A DNA stretch of 64,000 bases, taken from assembly GCF_009834535.1 (NCBI RefSeq), contig NC_045698.1:12216001-12280000 (forward strand). The letters are read 5' to 3'. The translations under genes were made by a program, and so were the position numbers. Below are positions 49,301-63,849 of the stretch, piece after piece. The notes beneath the pieces were generated by a model. It saw nothing but the letters and a program-made list of their open reading frames with translations. It was not told the DNA's origin and ran no database searches. The first letter of the stretch is position 1. Every line of letters begins with the position of its first letter. The DNA is from Camelus ferus. Its lineage: Eukaryota.

Positions 49301-52300
49301 GTGACTGTTATCGGTGATGTAATCTGATCATGCCCTGATTGAAATTCTTTCTCAGTTGGTTCCCAATCACTTCCAAGATAAAGAATTATCTTCTAACTGT
49401 GGTTTCCCCACAATCTCTCTCCTCAGGGGCCCCTGCTGCTTCTGCCACCAAGCTGACTCCAGCCCTATCCATCTCTCGCCCCCTCGCCCACCCCTCCCTG
49501 CGTTCCACGCTGCAGTGAACTCCCTGGGGTCCGTACTGCACTCCTCTGGGTCACCCCCTTCCCAGTCTCAGCCGCCATGGCCAGCCTGAGTACCCTACTC
49601 TCACAGCACCTTGGACAGAACCCTCTCCTATCACCACATTATATTGGAATCTCCTCTTTCTGATCTCTGCCTAAGAACCAGGCATGGGGAGCAAAACTTT
49701 CAGCTCCTGAGTGGACGCGGCTGATTTCCCAGGGCATCATGATGAGGATCTGGGGTTATAGATGGGCCGGTGGGAAGCAGGGCAAACTGTCATGTCTACA
49801 GCAGTCAGGAGTGAGCTGCCATCCTTGTACTGGACCAGGACCGTGTCTTGTGAAATCTCTGGGTCCTCACGGCCTAGTGAAACGTCTGCACTCATGGCTG
49901 CTTTCAGTCCGCTACAAGGAGGAGCACAGCTGCCCTTCCCGGCGCTGAGATCATAGAATGGGGCCCTTGCCTTTGTCCCCTACAACCAAACTCCAAACGC
50001 TGAGTTGTAAATGAACATTTTTCATTACTGGTTGTCTTGAAACTGCCTTCAACTGAATAATATGACAGTAATTTCTTGGCTGCTCTTAAGTGAAATGAAA
50101 AAGACATAGCTGAGCCAAATATGTCTTGGAGTTTTAAAACAGAGTCAAAATCAATTTTATGAATCCTAGCTTTAAGCCCTCTGTTGCATGCCACTCATTT
50201 TGAAGTGTCAAGTAAGAGTTAAGAGATGCCATGCAAAGTAGTTATTAATCCAGTGAACAAAAATAGAATCGGAATGAGTCCAGATTCTAGACTGAAACCA
50301 GAGTCATTTTTGGCTGTTAGTTTGGTCAAATAGCTACAAAGGGGCAAGAGGTCAGCTTGGCGCAAGCTGACGGTACAAGAACCAGGAGAAAACACACCAT
50401 CCAGAAGATAATAGGAAAGGAAAGCCTGGAACACAGGAGAGTGAGCTCCCACACTTCCCCTGTGTGCCAACCCCACCCCCACTGCCAAGGAAATCTCTAG
50501 AAATGTCAGGAAAATACTACTCGAGTTACTAGAAGCATTAGGAGGAGTCAGATGGCTGGAAAGAGAAAACACTGAAAAAACACAGGTCACTAAGTGAAGA
50601 TCACAAAGATCTCTTTTAAAATGCATAATTAATTAAAAAAAATAGTATTACGTACTGAGATCAGTTTTCCGAGTACATGGACCATGAAGTGAATAAGGGG
50701 TTAAAAAGAATACTGCTGGCTTGTTTACCTCTGAAAAGTGTCAACAAGCAGTTGTTTCTTTGTAAATGTCTGTGAATGCAAAGGGTATGAAAGTCCTGCG
50801 CACCTTCTGCTGAAAATTTGGTCTAAATATCTACAAGCCAGAGCACCTGAGGTTTAGAGAAAATGATGGGAATCCGGTTGAAGGCTTCACCTTAAGAACA
50901 AAGATTATGGCGGGTTAAACCTGGCCATGTGTTCGTCAGTATCATCATTCTCTGCCTATTCCCTTCCCATCCTCCATGGAACTTTCCCAAAAAGGGAATT
51001 TGGGCATCCTTCCTTTCTGGCGATATCCTTATAAGCTTACATCTCTTCAAATTTTATTTTTTAAGTAAAGATGGCTCTATAAGCCCTTATTTTAAACGTC
51101 TAGCTGCTACAAATCAAGTTAAAACCAATATATGGGAGGGAGAAAGGAGATTCAACATAGAGCTGTCTTTACTTAAAAAATAAAAGAGGTGATTTAAAAT
51201 GTTTAGAAGCTGCTTACATAACCCTAAAGACAGGATTCCCCACCACCACCCCGCAAACACATACAATAGTATTATTCAGAAACAATACATGTTTTCAAAT
51301 GAATTCAGTTTCAAAGCTGTTAAGGTCTTTTCATTGTGTACTAGAAGAATTAAGATATTATGGGTAATTACTTTGTGGGCTGAGCTAAGCCTATTAAGAT
51401 GGAGACAATATTTCTGTACAAAAGGTCAGAACAAATTACTAACAATATGAACAACTCTGTTAAGGAGGCTATAACTCAACACTCAAGACAGATTTTCTAC
51501 ATTTCAGAAAAACGGCTTAAAATGTCTCTCCTACCGGCACTGAAATTCACCTCCATAAATTTAATGCCCTTTAAATTATGCGTGAGCGGGCATGAAACAG
51601 CAAAGCTAGAGGTTAATTTTCATTCGAAATTTTTAAATTTTTCAGATTTCTCCAAGATGGGAAGGATCTGGGACTTCACCAGCTCCACAGACCATCAAAA
51701 CGGAGGCGTCTTTGTGGTCTGAGACACTGATAACTAATTCAGACTCACCAACAAAGAAGTTCTATTTGAACTTTTCACAATGGAAGCTGACTTCCCTGCC
51801 AACTCTTCTCACAAACTGTTTTTCATTAATAAGCTTTTTTTGTCAGTGTGTCTAATAATAAAGCCCACGAGCTCTTTGTCCTGGCTCATTATTCCAGACT
51901 TCAGCAGGCTCGGGCTTGGAGTTTAACTGGTCCAGCACCTATGTGCCCACACCCAGGAACAGCCGTGACGTTTCCTGCTGAGATTAGCATAGTATCTAAT
52001 AGACAACGAGGGTGAATCAGAGAAGCCATGAGACTAAGCTTTTGGAGGCATTGCTAGGAGCGGAGTAGTATTACGTGACACATACAAAATCAGGTGGCCA
52101 GTATATTTTTGGTTTCACAGTATAAAGCAACTCCTTAGGAAAGAGCATCACACAGAAAATCCTTCACAAGAATGCATACACTTCTGACAGTGTGTCCCCA
52201 CACTAGCCGAAGTTTAAGTAAGTGTCATTTCTGATGCTGTGTGTGGACTGAGATGGGGGTCTAAGACTCACCTGCGCCTTGCAAAAAGCTCTTTTGTTCA

Positions 52301-53119
52301 AAATGTGTTGCCTCTTTGCCCAGAACTATGAGAGAAGCTAAGGAGATAAAGACAGAGGAGAAAGCGTGCCGAGAGCCAGGCAAGGGGAGGGGAGGACGAG
52401 AAACTGATCCTCCAAGTGCCTTTAAAAGCTGCTGTCATAAAGGAGCTGGGGCTCAGGCAGAGGGAGACCAACTCCACCAGGGAAATCACCTTCTCACAGG
52501 GGCTCCATCCCGTCGGTGATGTGACCTGACATGAGTCAATCCACTATTTGGAACCTTCCTAATCTGCCCCAAGTTGGTAAGAAACACTCGCCCTCTCCAG
52601 TTACAGGGCTGCGTGAGAATCAGACAGGTGGTTACCACGCACACACCAAGGGACCTGGGAGCTCAGGCATTGCTACTCCAAACAGAAGACGCCTGCCTGC
52701 TCCCATCGGCTCAACCATGAAACTATCAAAGACTCGTTTTCCCTGGAAATCCGCTGTGGACTCTCGTTCCACTTGCCTGCTTCCTCCAGTCGCCCGTGGC
52801 CTGAGCCCACGGCCACTCATTTAGGAGGCCAGCCCCTCCAGTCCCGGTAGCCAGCCGAAACCACACGCAGCTGGCCCAGCCAGGGCAGCACCGACCTCCA
52901 CACATCACATGACCTTCAGTGTGCTCCAGCTTAAAGTGTGCTCCCCACTCCACCCTCCCCTTTTAAATTTTTAGGACAATGACCTAACCCCAATATTTCT
53001 GGAACCTGCGTGTGCACGTCGACACACGCATATATGCATAAACATACACACTCACACATACATATATCATTACAGCAATTCTTACCTGTGTAACCTGCCA
53101 GATACCTACATTCTGTCTG

Positions 53120-53250
53120 GCAGTCAGTCCTCTGGGAAGGTGCTATTCTAATCCCAATGTTATAAATGAGGAAACTGAGGCCCAGCAAGCCTGCTTAACT
53201 TGGCCAAGGTCACACAGTACGTGACAGGCAGGGCTGGAAGCCAAAGGCAA
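53120..53250 (-). mobile_element. MIR SINE
   Basis: atgaggaaactgaggcccag..taacttggccaaggtcacacag. Confidence 0.75.
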
Positions 53251-54905
53251 GCCATCAGAGGATGTCGGACAACAGAAGTGCAGGCTGGTGTGCCCTCCAG
53301 GCATGTTATACTTTCCTGTTTCAAAATAGGTTGTTTCGTTTATTTCCTGAAGGTTCTAGAACTTGCTTATCTAATTTTCTAAATAATATTAAAACAGTCA
53401 CTCCTGCCTGTCCATTACTAAAAATGAAGTTTAAAAGAAACAGTGTTTTAAAAGGACATCTATGCAAAGTCCTTGGACTTAGCACATCAATTATGCAGTG
53501 ATGGGTAAAATTACAGATTTTCTTTTTTCTAAAGGAGTGAAATGGTCATGGGAAATAGAAAGTTAAACACTTAACCAAAAAGCTGCTAAGTTCATTAACA
53601 GCATCAAAAGTAGTTTGCCCAAGTTAAGCTTGGGAGGTTAAGTGAGGACACCAACAAAAATAATTACTTGGTTATTACATAACAACTTCAAATACTTAAC
53701 CCATATTGCTTCATTATAATTTACCCCGACAAACAAAAAGATTGACACACAAGACGGAAACCGTGCACCACAAGAAAGGTGTGTTATCTGAAGTTACGGG
53801 ATGAATCAGCTGCTGAAATGGTCACAAATCACAGCCTACGCCCCCTTTCTCTCTGTTCCCTCCTCCTCCCCCCAAAAAATTGTTCCATGTTTCTACCCAG
53901 CTTTTTTCATGAATCCTTAAAATGATTCTCTCAAACAACATTGCTAGAAAATCACTTTCTTCCAAGCAACTTACATCCACTTCTTTCTTTGAATAGTTGA
54001 TTCTTTACCTGACTCAGGGTTGGTCCCCTGGGCCCTGAGAATTTTACATAAATCAAAGAAAAACACATTTCGCTCCCATCAGATCCACATCACATATTAA
54101 CACACATCTTAAATTTTTAGGGGTTTTTTGGGCCAGAGCTAAGTGAGGTAAGGGCACAGAGAATGATTCCTGAAAATAAAGATTATATCCAGTGACTCCA
54201 AGATGTATCCATCACACCTTCTCCAATAACTTTGTCTAACTGTGACTATTTTTTAAAAAAGAGCCACTTAAAACAGGCAACTATGTAATTATGGTATGAA
54301 ATGAGGAATATTAATAAACGAAGCAAGAAAACTTAGGTTCTTTTTCTGCTAGTTCAATTAATCTACCAGAACTAACTGGTTGTTTTTTGAAAAGCAAAGC
54401 ATGTGTGGTCTTACAATGTTCTCACAATACAACACTGACATAAACAGGATTCTAGAACCTGATCTATACTCAGCCACTAATTCTAAGTGTCACCTTGTAT
54501 ACTATTTTTTGTCCTTAAAACTAATGTCAACCCAACAGTGAAATTAGGTGAAAGTTACAGCGACATTAAGAACACGTGTTATCCTAACTACATTATTCTC
54601 AATGGTTCTAAAATCAAGGTTTGCACAACTCTGAAAGTTGCACAGAAACCACAGTTAACAATGGAGGAGTTGGGATTTCTGCCCACCCCTCCTTACATAG
54701 TCTGTAAAATTTATAAACTCTACAACAGGATTTTATTCCAAAGCAGAGGAATTTCAGACACATATATATTTTATATATATATATATTTCCTTCTTGAATT
54801 ATCCTACAAAACCTATAACTGAAGCCTTAACTAGATATGTTAAAATGATTGAAAACCTTATCTTTAAGCAAAAGGAATGAGAGTGATTTAAAGTACCTGC
54901 TTCAG

Positions 54906-55008
54906 CGGGAGGGTGTAGCTCAGTGGTAGAGCGCATGCTTAGCACAATTCCCAGTACTTCCATTTAAAAAAAAAAGTGGGGTGGGGAGGACAGAAAAAAA
55001 AATAATAA
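54906..55008 (+). mobile_element. tRNA-derived SINE with an internal deletion of about 18 nt removing most of the B box
   Basis: GGGAGGGTGTAGCTCAGTGGTAGAGCGCATGCTTAGCA^CAATTCCCAGTACTTCCA plus poly-A; TSD taaagtacctgcttcag (54889-54905) / taaagtgcctgctacag (55009-55025). Confidence 0.88.
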
Positions 55009-56227
55009 TAAAGTGCCTGCTACAGAACTAAACCTCTCACTAAGGCAAGGGCCAGGAATTACAAACCTGGAGTCGGGAGAGCAATTTCCCTTGTCGGGTA
55101 AAAGATCCCTATTGCTGAGTTAATTGGAGCAGGGACTTTCAAACGCTTAACTGGGGCTACTAATTTTCAAGAGCCAAATGAGACACATAAGACAATGGAC
55201 TGAGTTTTTCTTAAAGCTTATAAAAGGCTGCCCTTTATTTTGAAATTTTGTCCTTCCTGCCTTCAGTGTGTTAAAATCGCCTTTTAAAATTAAAATGATG
55301 GCCAAAAAGTTATTAAATCCCCTTACCTGACAAGATGAAAGATGAGATAACTCTGTGCTGGTCTCCTAGAATTTCTGGATGCAGGGATCCAAAGGCCTGG
55401 GCACCAATGAGATATAGGATCCAGCCAGTGGGAGCCGTAAATGCAGACCTACCGTACCCCAGTGTTCATGGCTTGTGTACGGCTTTTGTTTTCAAAGTAA
55501 AATGAGGCCAAGCAGAAAGTCAAGCTAATGAGAACACTGCTGTAAGAGTCACCAGAGTCAACAGGATTTGGATGCTGCTTCCTTCACACCAAGCTTTTTG
55601 CAACTCTGAAAACCACCCTGAAACTACTGACGGATGACGGTCATTTCTGGGTGTGAGACACAATGTTCTAGGATGGACCTGTCAAGTCTCTCTCCTTCCT
55701 TCCCTCCCACACCCAATCACAAAGGCTAACTCCAGGGAGCCACTACCACACAAAGGAATTCTCCTAGATTATGATCATCACTTCATTGATCATCGTCTGA
55801 CGTCTGTATTATCTCGGTTCTTTGCTGTCAAAAGCAGCTAAAACAGGATGAAGAGAAGCTGGGTGGCCACCACGAGGTTCATGATTAGCCAGTTAGTATT
55901 AAAGGTGGGGAAGATCATCTTCGTTGTGTGGGGCTTGCCTTTGAGACGACGCTTTATTAGTACGTGGCAGGTACTGAGGACACACCATGTCGGCACATCC
56001 CTCACACTCCCACATGCTCCCTCCTCTCCATTCTTCAAACCAACCCCGAAAGGTTAGTATCACCATTTTACTAACTGTCCATAGTCACTCAGTTTAGTGG
56101 CAAAGTCATAGCTGGGACTCTGCTCTCTGGTACCAGGTTCATATTGAATCTCTTAAATACGCTTCTTCGGACTGTCAGATCATGTCCCTGTACCCTCAAA
56201 CACAGTGGTGACTAAATTCATCTGACA

Positions 56228-56668
56228 CATCGATGAAGAGCGCTGTCTGTCACAGCAGCAGACAAAGGATGCTGTGGCCATCAAGCCCTCAGCCACCACA
56301 GCCACTCCCAATCGGGCACCCAGAGGGGACTCAGGATAGAGAAAAGCAGGAGATACTGGCCCTAGGGAGCTAACGTGCATTATCAAAGGTGTGATTTCAA
56401 TGAGCCCAGACTCTTGCATCTTCCCAAAGTGCTACATTCAAGAACTTGAAATTTCTGGTTTTCTTTCATTAACAGTAATCTTTTGATGTTCCGAGGACCT
56501 AGTTTTTGTTGTAAAAAACTCCTATACATCCTGACTCCTCCCCTACCTCCTGGATCAGTCCCTCAGGGCTATATGAGAGGCTGTCTTCTAGACTTAAGTC
56601 CTGAGTTTTGTCTGCCAAATAAAACATAGTTCTCAACTTTTAGGTTGTACATTTTTTGCCAGTACGGA
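56228..56668 (+). mobile_element. Cetartiodactyl MER41-like ERV1 solo LTR
   Basis: gccatcaagccctcagccac..aatgagcccagactcttgcatcttccca..TATA-like ctatacat..AATAAA..tctcaacttttaggttg resembles the recalled MER41_BT-type consensus. Confidence 0.7.
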
Positions 56669-59303
56669 ACAATTTAAAATGTATACAGCCCAGAACACAA
56701 AATACATCTTCCTTCAGTCAACATTTACTGAACACCAGGGTTGTGGCGATATTCTGGGAGGCCCTGGGGTGCAGGGAAACATCTCTACCCTCATGGAGCT
56801 TCCAGTACAGAAAAGGAGAGACCACAATAACCAAACACATTTTTAAAAGTTATTTATAAACCGTAGAACATCCAAATGGTACTTGTGTAGACTCATATCC
56901 TAGAGAAGGCAATGCTGGTTTTAGCTGATCGACATTGATACTAAGACCCCAAACGAAAACAGCAGCCACAGAAAAGGGAGCATGGTCTAGCTCAGCAGTT
57001 CCCAAAGTGTATGCATGTTGACGGGGATTAATTTATGAACAGCTTCTCTTGCTGTGTGGAAAGCCTTATTAAGAATGGAAACACTTTATTTAATGCCTTT
57101 CTTCTTTCTTTCTGCCTTTTTAATTTCTTTGCTATGGAAATTAAAACTAAATGCATGCTCTTAATTTCTGAAAAATAATGTAGTGTTTCTCAGACTTTAT
57201 TAACCCATCCCCTACTGGCTTCTCCCAATAGTATTTAGGACTGGTGTTCCCTCGTTAAGTTTTGAGAAATACCAGCAGCTAATACTGCTGGTAGGAGTTG
57301 ATACCTACCAGCTAAGCACGGAAGGACCAATCTCAGACTACGCAAGAGGCCACCGCCTACATCATCATCATCACCAGCATCACCATTACGGTTGCAGTTA
57401 CCGTAACTGGCACTAGGTAACTAGGTATAAGCCCTAAAGTGCAGAGGCCATAGCTTTTCTTCAGTTGTGCCTGGACCATCAGCATATCTTGTGCACATGA
57501 GTTTTTTCAACTACATTTGGAAATATGATTACTACTCAGGAAGGTTAAAATAATAGCAACTATATGTGCAGTCCCTAAATTCTCTGAATTACTACTTTTA
57601 AAGCATTTTTCTCCTTCCACTCTGATAACCAAAAAATAGCTTCAGGCCATCATCTGCACATCACATGCATTTTCTGATTGCTACGCCTTAATCTGCTTCT
57701 GGACAACAGTAGAGATTTAATTCCTTGCCCCACTGATTTTATTTTATTTTTTAAAAACACAGTGGCTTCTCCACAGGTAACTAAAAATAAATTCAAAAGA
57801 CAGCTTCTGGGTTTAAGACTATTCTTAAGAGTAACATTCATTTTAAAGTCAGTTATGACTAAATCTGTATCATTAAAGAGTGCCTTTATCTACACCCCCC
57901 ACTAAAAAAAGTACACACCCATAAAAGCACAAGGCAGCCAAGGAAAAAGGCTGAATTACGAGGACACATTTAGAGACTGCTGCAGAGTTCATGGCTGGGA
58001 GGGAAAACATTATCCCACAACACATTAATACAAGAGCAGAATATTTCAGGATCCGACTGTTTTCTTAAATATACTGAAACCAAACCCTGGTTGCATGATT
58101 CAGTCTTAAGTTAAACATCTGACCAAATAGCCAGATTAACAACAAATTTAGAGACACATCCACAATGGTGTTAAATAAATGTACTTACTTCAGAGGACAC
58201 TTGTTCACAACATATTTGAGCTAGTAAACTTGGTCGTGGAAAAAAACCAATAATTTTTTTCTTCCCCAACTTGGTCTGAAATCTTTCCAACATTCCAAAG
58301 GAGCTAAAATATATGCCAACCCATACAAAAGAAATTAAGATGGTAGGCTGGGTACATCTGCCTTAACCTAAAAACAAAAGCCAGTTTGCTCTGTCTTTAG
58401 AGCCAGCATAATGAAAGCACGAAAAGCCCAGATGGCTTAGACTTTCTTTACACAAAATAACCGAGAAGACTGACATCTAAACTCTTTTTTTCAGCAAGTC
58501 TGATCCTAACAGCAATTTTAGACCTGGAATTTCTGTAAGACCAAGAGGAATGCTTTTAGGTGAGTGAAAAATTAATTGTTCTATACCCTTCTGCATATTC
58601 GTCCAGGCTGCCTAGCCCAGCAACTGTAGGAAAATGTTTTCACCAAAGAGCATCTTCAATTCACTCCGCTCTTTCTTACTGACACTGGCTTGATGTATTA
58701 AATCCGACACTCCAACCCCCAGCTGCTTATGCATCTTTTCACAAAGAGAATTTTAGAAAGCAAAATAAAATCAATTATCAGTTAAAGAGCTTAAGAACTG
58801 GAATGGAGATTAGCAGGGAGAAAGATGAGGCAAAGGCCACAAACGGGTAGGCACAACCCAACGGCATTTCTGACACCTTCTAGTGAGCATTGTAAAGAGA
58901 TGCTTGCGGGGAGTGTGGTGGTAAATAATTCACCCTCGCTTTTTTTTCTCCCATGTAAAATGGCTTTTAACTAAAACAGTAGACAGCATAAAAACTTTAT
59001 TTCCACCCTGGGGTCAATTTTATATTTCTGAACTTGAAGTCTTTCAGGGAGAGAATGAAAAAGTAGCCATTATGTTCTGGGGATTTTCTTCCCCCTGTAT
59101 GACTTCACACTTCTTAAGAAAAAGTTATACTTAAACCCAGAGTGGGTGGCCCCTTAGGAACCTCACCCCCAGCTACCTAGATTCCTTTTATACTGGAAAG
59201 TCAGGTCCTAGAAACTGACAGACCCGAAATTGCTTCTGTCTATGTGGCAGAGAAGTAAGAACAAACTGATCTTTATAAATGACACTTTAAAAGTGAGAAA
59301 TTT

Positions 59304-59467
59304 AACAAGGTCCTACCATATATACATATTCAATATTTTGTAATAAACTATAATGAGAAAGAATATGAAAAAGTACATATGTATAACTGAAACATTTTGC
59401 TGTACACCTGAAACTAACACAACACTGTAAATCAACTATACTTCAATTAAAAAAAAAATACCACCGA
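59304..59467 (+). mobile_element. 5'-truncated LINE-1 3' end
   Basis: aacaaggtcctacc...tgctgtacacctgaaactaacacaacactgtaaatcaactatacttcaattaaaa; TSD aaaagtgagaaattt (59289-59303) / aaaaatgagaaattt (59468-59482). Confidence 0.88.
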
Positions 59468-61459
59468 AAAAATGAGAAATTTGGGTCACACGGTTGTTAA
59501 GAGGGTCAAACTGAGATCAATCAAATGAAAATATCTTCCAAACTGCAGAGAATTATATAATGTCAGCCTTATGCAGCATTTCCATATTATTTTCATAGAA
59601 ATAATGTGTGATAATGACTTTTGAGACTATTCAGATTTGCAAACCCGTGATTGTGATTTCTCTTCTATTTGCTTAACGTGGTCCTCTGGGAAGATCAAAC
59701 CAAATGATGGAAGCTTAGAAACAAAAATGAGAAGTATCAATTAATATACAAACATGTGATATTACTGGTTAATTTGAGGAAATCAGAAAGCTAATCACTG
59801 GTTAGAATGAATGGACAGAGACACAGATACAGATGCAGTGAACAAGTTCTATTGAAGTAAAGTCTGCATATAACTTTAGGCACATTCAAAGGGCAATACA
59901 GTTGAGGGCACAGATTTTTAAAAAGTCACAAAGTAACAAGAAGCAGATTCTGAGTTACACACAACATTCATTTATTGCTGCCCAGGAAGGACTACGTACA
60001 CTGGCTTCAACGCGGACGCTCAGAAGTAGTCCTTCTCTCCATGCATATGTAAATTAATTCATTCACCAGGGTCTTATTTTCAGTTCTCATTCGTAACGGT
60101 TTATTGAACAGCCGGTACCAAAAAATTAACTCACTTTTTTGCCTCCGGCTTTCAGACACTAATCGAATTTCTTAACAGTTTGTGAATCCCTGTGCGAGTC
60201 CCCAGCCAGCTGGCAGAGGACTGAACAGTCAGCGTCACTCTTCCGGTTCTGTGACTCTTCAGGCCTCGTCACCCTCAAGCAGGAGATGGCCCACGGAACC
60301 AAGCGAGGCCTGGACTACATGTGAGAAGCCTTCTTTGCTGCCAATGTGTCTGGTTTCCCTCTCAGGTGACCTTGATCAAAAACGCTCGGGGCCAAGGCGG
60401 CTCACATGGAAAGTGACAGCCAACACTAGTTGCTCCCCTAAGTCCTTTCCTTCCCCCAGTTCCCCACAGATACCCAATGAATGCTTGAATCAATATTACC
60501 TGTGTAACCCCAGGACTTCCAGGACTTCCTCGAAAGCCTTTGCCAGGCAGCCATGGAGGGGGACCAGTGAGGGTGGAACTGGACATGACGTGGGGATAGT
60601 TGGAGGAGCCACTTAAAGGGAATCTCAAAAATCCATTATAAAAAAATTCACTATATAGGTCATTTCTTAAAGTTCCATCTTCTCTCTTGAAGAATTGCTA
60701 CGCTTGTACAATGTTGCTGAACATCGAGTGAGCTGCCATGATTGCTGTCCATCCCTCTGAGGTCAAGGTGTTAAAACAGCCTCACTTGTACAAGGACACA
60801 GGCATGGCGATTTCTCACCTGCTGGGACAGTAAAGGCAGGAGGAAAACCATCCCTGGCAATCCAAGGTGTAAGATCGATGGCATTACTATTTTTCCCAGC
60901 AGACAAGAGGCCAACCACTTTTTCTCAAAGGCTACGTGAGCCAGCCTCTCTGCAGTCACCCCGTCCTGTCCTGGAGGTCCTCAGAGTCAGGATGTCTCTC
61001 CCTGTGTTACCAGCTCTCCCACCTGGGCTGATCCATTCTTCCTAGTGGAAGAGAATTGCTGGTCCACACCACCTAAGGACCCCGGCCTCCTCTGGGCTAG
61101 ATAACCCACTTTCCGGACTTCTTCTGTACAGCCCGTTCTCCAAGCTTTAATCATCTCTCCATCTTCTCTGAACCATAAGGGGGGAAAAGGGTTCCCATTT
61201 TCAGATGGCAGACCATAACTAGAAATAGTGTTTAAAAGACAGTCTAAACCTTTAATTCTATTCCTTTTTAACTCACTGCTCTTAACTATTATTCTGATCT
61301 CGAGCTTACACATCAAAATAACACCTTTACTTTTAGAAATATTAAAAGTGTGACCTATTATAAACCCTATAAAAATGGCCATAGATGGCTAACCATTCTT
61401 TTTCTTTTATAGGTTTCTTTTCAACTTAGCATTAAGACTATTCCTTTTAAATAAAAGAT

Positions 61460-61830
61460 GGCATATCCATACCATGGAATATTACTCAGCAATAAAACAG
61501 AATAAAGTACACGCTACAACATCAATGAACCTTGAAAACACTATGCTCAGTGCAAGAAGCCTGTCCTAAAAGACTATATATAGTACAATTCTGTTTGTAT
61601 GAAATGTCTAGAAGAGGCAGATCTAGAGAGGCAGGGGGAAGACGTAGTTGCCCGGGGCCGGTTTTGCCCAGAGTGCAGGGTTTCTGTTTTGGGTACTGAA
61701 CGTTGCAAACTTGTTAGTGGTGATGGTTGTGCAAGTCTGTAAATAAAATAAAAGCCACTGAATTGTACACTTTAAGTGGGTGGACTGTATGGGGTGTGAA
61801 TTATATCACGATTCAGCTGTTAGAAGAAAA
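61460..61830 (+). mobile_element. Old LINE-1 (L1MB/ME-like) 3' region
   Basis: atccataccatggaatattactcagcaataaaa..gaaccttgaaaacactatgctcagtg..gaattgtacactttaagtggg. Confidence 0.75.
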
Positions 61831-63849
61831 AAGCTATTCTTTTCCCTGCAGACCACAGCTCACACTGATGAAAATTATTAAGTAATCGCACCCGAGGTGC
61901 TGCAATGTGGCTACTGCCTCTTTCGCTCTTTTAGCTACAAGAACATCTGCGAACTATTTCCGAATCTCCGTCAAAGACAGCAATGAGCCAAAAATGATGG
62001 ATACTTCTCAGTGTGACTTTCCTCAAAAGACAGAAGTTATTTTTCCTACAGCATTTACATCATCTTTCCCTTGCAGAGAATGTCCAAACAGGGAACATCC
62101 AAAATAAGTATGGGACCTGGACACCTGACACCTACTCTCTCCAGGGCTACCTCCAGTGAATGTTTATGACACCCATGTAGTATTTTCTAAGCTAAGCTAA
62201 GTCCCTTTAGGGAAGGGGGGGGGGGGTGGAAATCAAGCCGAATAAATGTTTTAAATGAACAATCTTTCCATTTTAATATGGGACAGTTTTTACATCAGAA
62301 AAAAATGATTGCTAACTTGAAAAATCTGCAATTTTAATCTCCCTGGTTTATCGTTGCTCAGGGAAGGAAATGAGGTTATTCGGACAGGATGTGCCCTTTA
62401 AAAGGCACACTGGCAACATTCCGCGGCGTCCTGATCTCTCTCCAGCCCTCTGTTAACAAAAGCTTCCTGAAACTGGGGACGGCGTACGCTCTAGCCCACT
62501 GTCACAGGAGTGAGTGGTTCTCAGCATCACCCTGTCAACATCTGCCTTTAGCTCCCTTTGCAAGAGCAAAAGCAGATGGTTGGAGCAAGCCACTGTGAAC
62601 TCTGACATGGCAGGAAGATGGAGACAATTCAGAACAGAAGATCATTCCAGAGGACAAAAATACTGGCTCAATTCTCAAGGGCTAGCTACTCGGCTACCCT
62701 CACTGGAAGACTGAGAAATACGATTAATTATTTCAAAATTATTACAAGAACCATTTGGAACACTCAAACAGCAGCTGGATTAAGGCTGAGTCGAACCTCT
62801 GAAATGAAGCCACTGCATTTGGAACTTCTAATACAGTCTATGTGCCAAATTCACATGGTAAATGTAATGTTTAGTGTTATGGGAGACTGCACAAGTCTGC
62901 TCTAAAAGCTTCATCTATGAAACCCTATGGGGACATTTTTTCCCTCAAAAATTCATGTGAATAATCAAAACCATCATATTATACACTACAGGATGTATTC
63001 CAGTAAAATCTTGAACAAGTTCACTAACATATGGACACAGATAGTTGAAAACAAATATCAAAGAAAGGACTGTTCAAAACGGGTCGTTTCTTGGGAGAGT
63101 TTACAAGTATCAATAAATCTAAGCAAAGCGAGGGAAAGAGGGGCGTTTGATTCTACAGATGAGCCCCTTAGGGAGTCTTGCTTAAACTCCTAAGTTCTGA
63201 TCAGGGCTGGGACGAGGGTGAGGCAGGTGTCCCAGATACACAATTTAAGGCTGCACCAATTCTGGAGCTCGTGCAATGACCCTGAGTGATGTGTCTCTAC
63301 ATGTGCACCCTGGGCACGCCATTCACCTTACCCCGGTCCCCCTTTCTGGTCACCAGCCCCATGTTCTGTAGGCCAGAGTGGCATGGACGATGGGACTACA
63401 AGAGCGTATTAAACCTAAGACTATCAAGAACTCGTGAGTTCCAGCAGCAGCTTCTAAATATAGAATCACTCTCCTTCCTCCGGCATTGGCACCTCACTTA
63501 GGAAACGTGAGCTGTGTAATTGGCTAGTGTGGCAAATGGTAAGTTAAAAATTTAACTGCTCTTCAGTATTAAAAATAAGCATTAGGGGTCAAAACTTTAC
63601 ACAGCAGCCTCTAAACGTGTATAAGCACAATCAACTCATTTTTGGAACTACTCCCATGAGTAGACCTTCCCTGGAAAGGTGTTAGGTGTAATTAACACAC
63701 AACACAGGCTTTTCTTACTTTTGCTGCGCCTGGAGTGGCTCTCCGTTCACCCAGAAACAAACACTCAGTTACAGACTAAACCATAGGCAGTGTTAGTATT
63801 TAAAACTAGGCTCGCTGAGGGAGTGGGGGGGTGGGCGGGGGCAAGGGGA

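Noticed and set aside
52515..52545. AP-1 (TGAGTCA) plus nuclear-receptor half-site as an enhancer
   Set aside because: Short motifs occur many times by chance in 64 kb; cannot be supported without chromatin or conservation data
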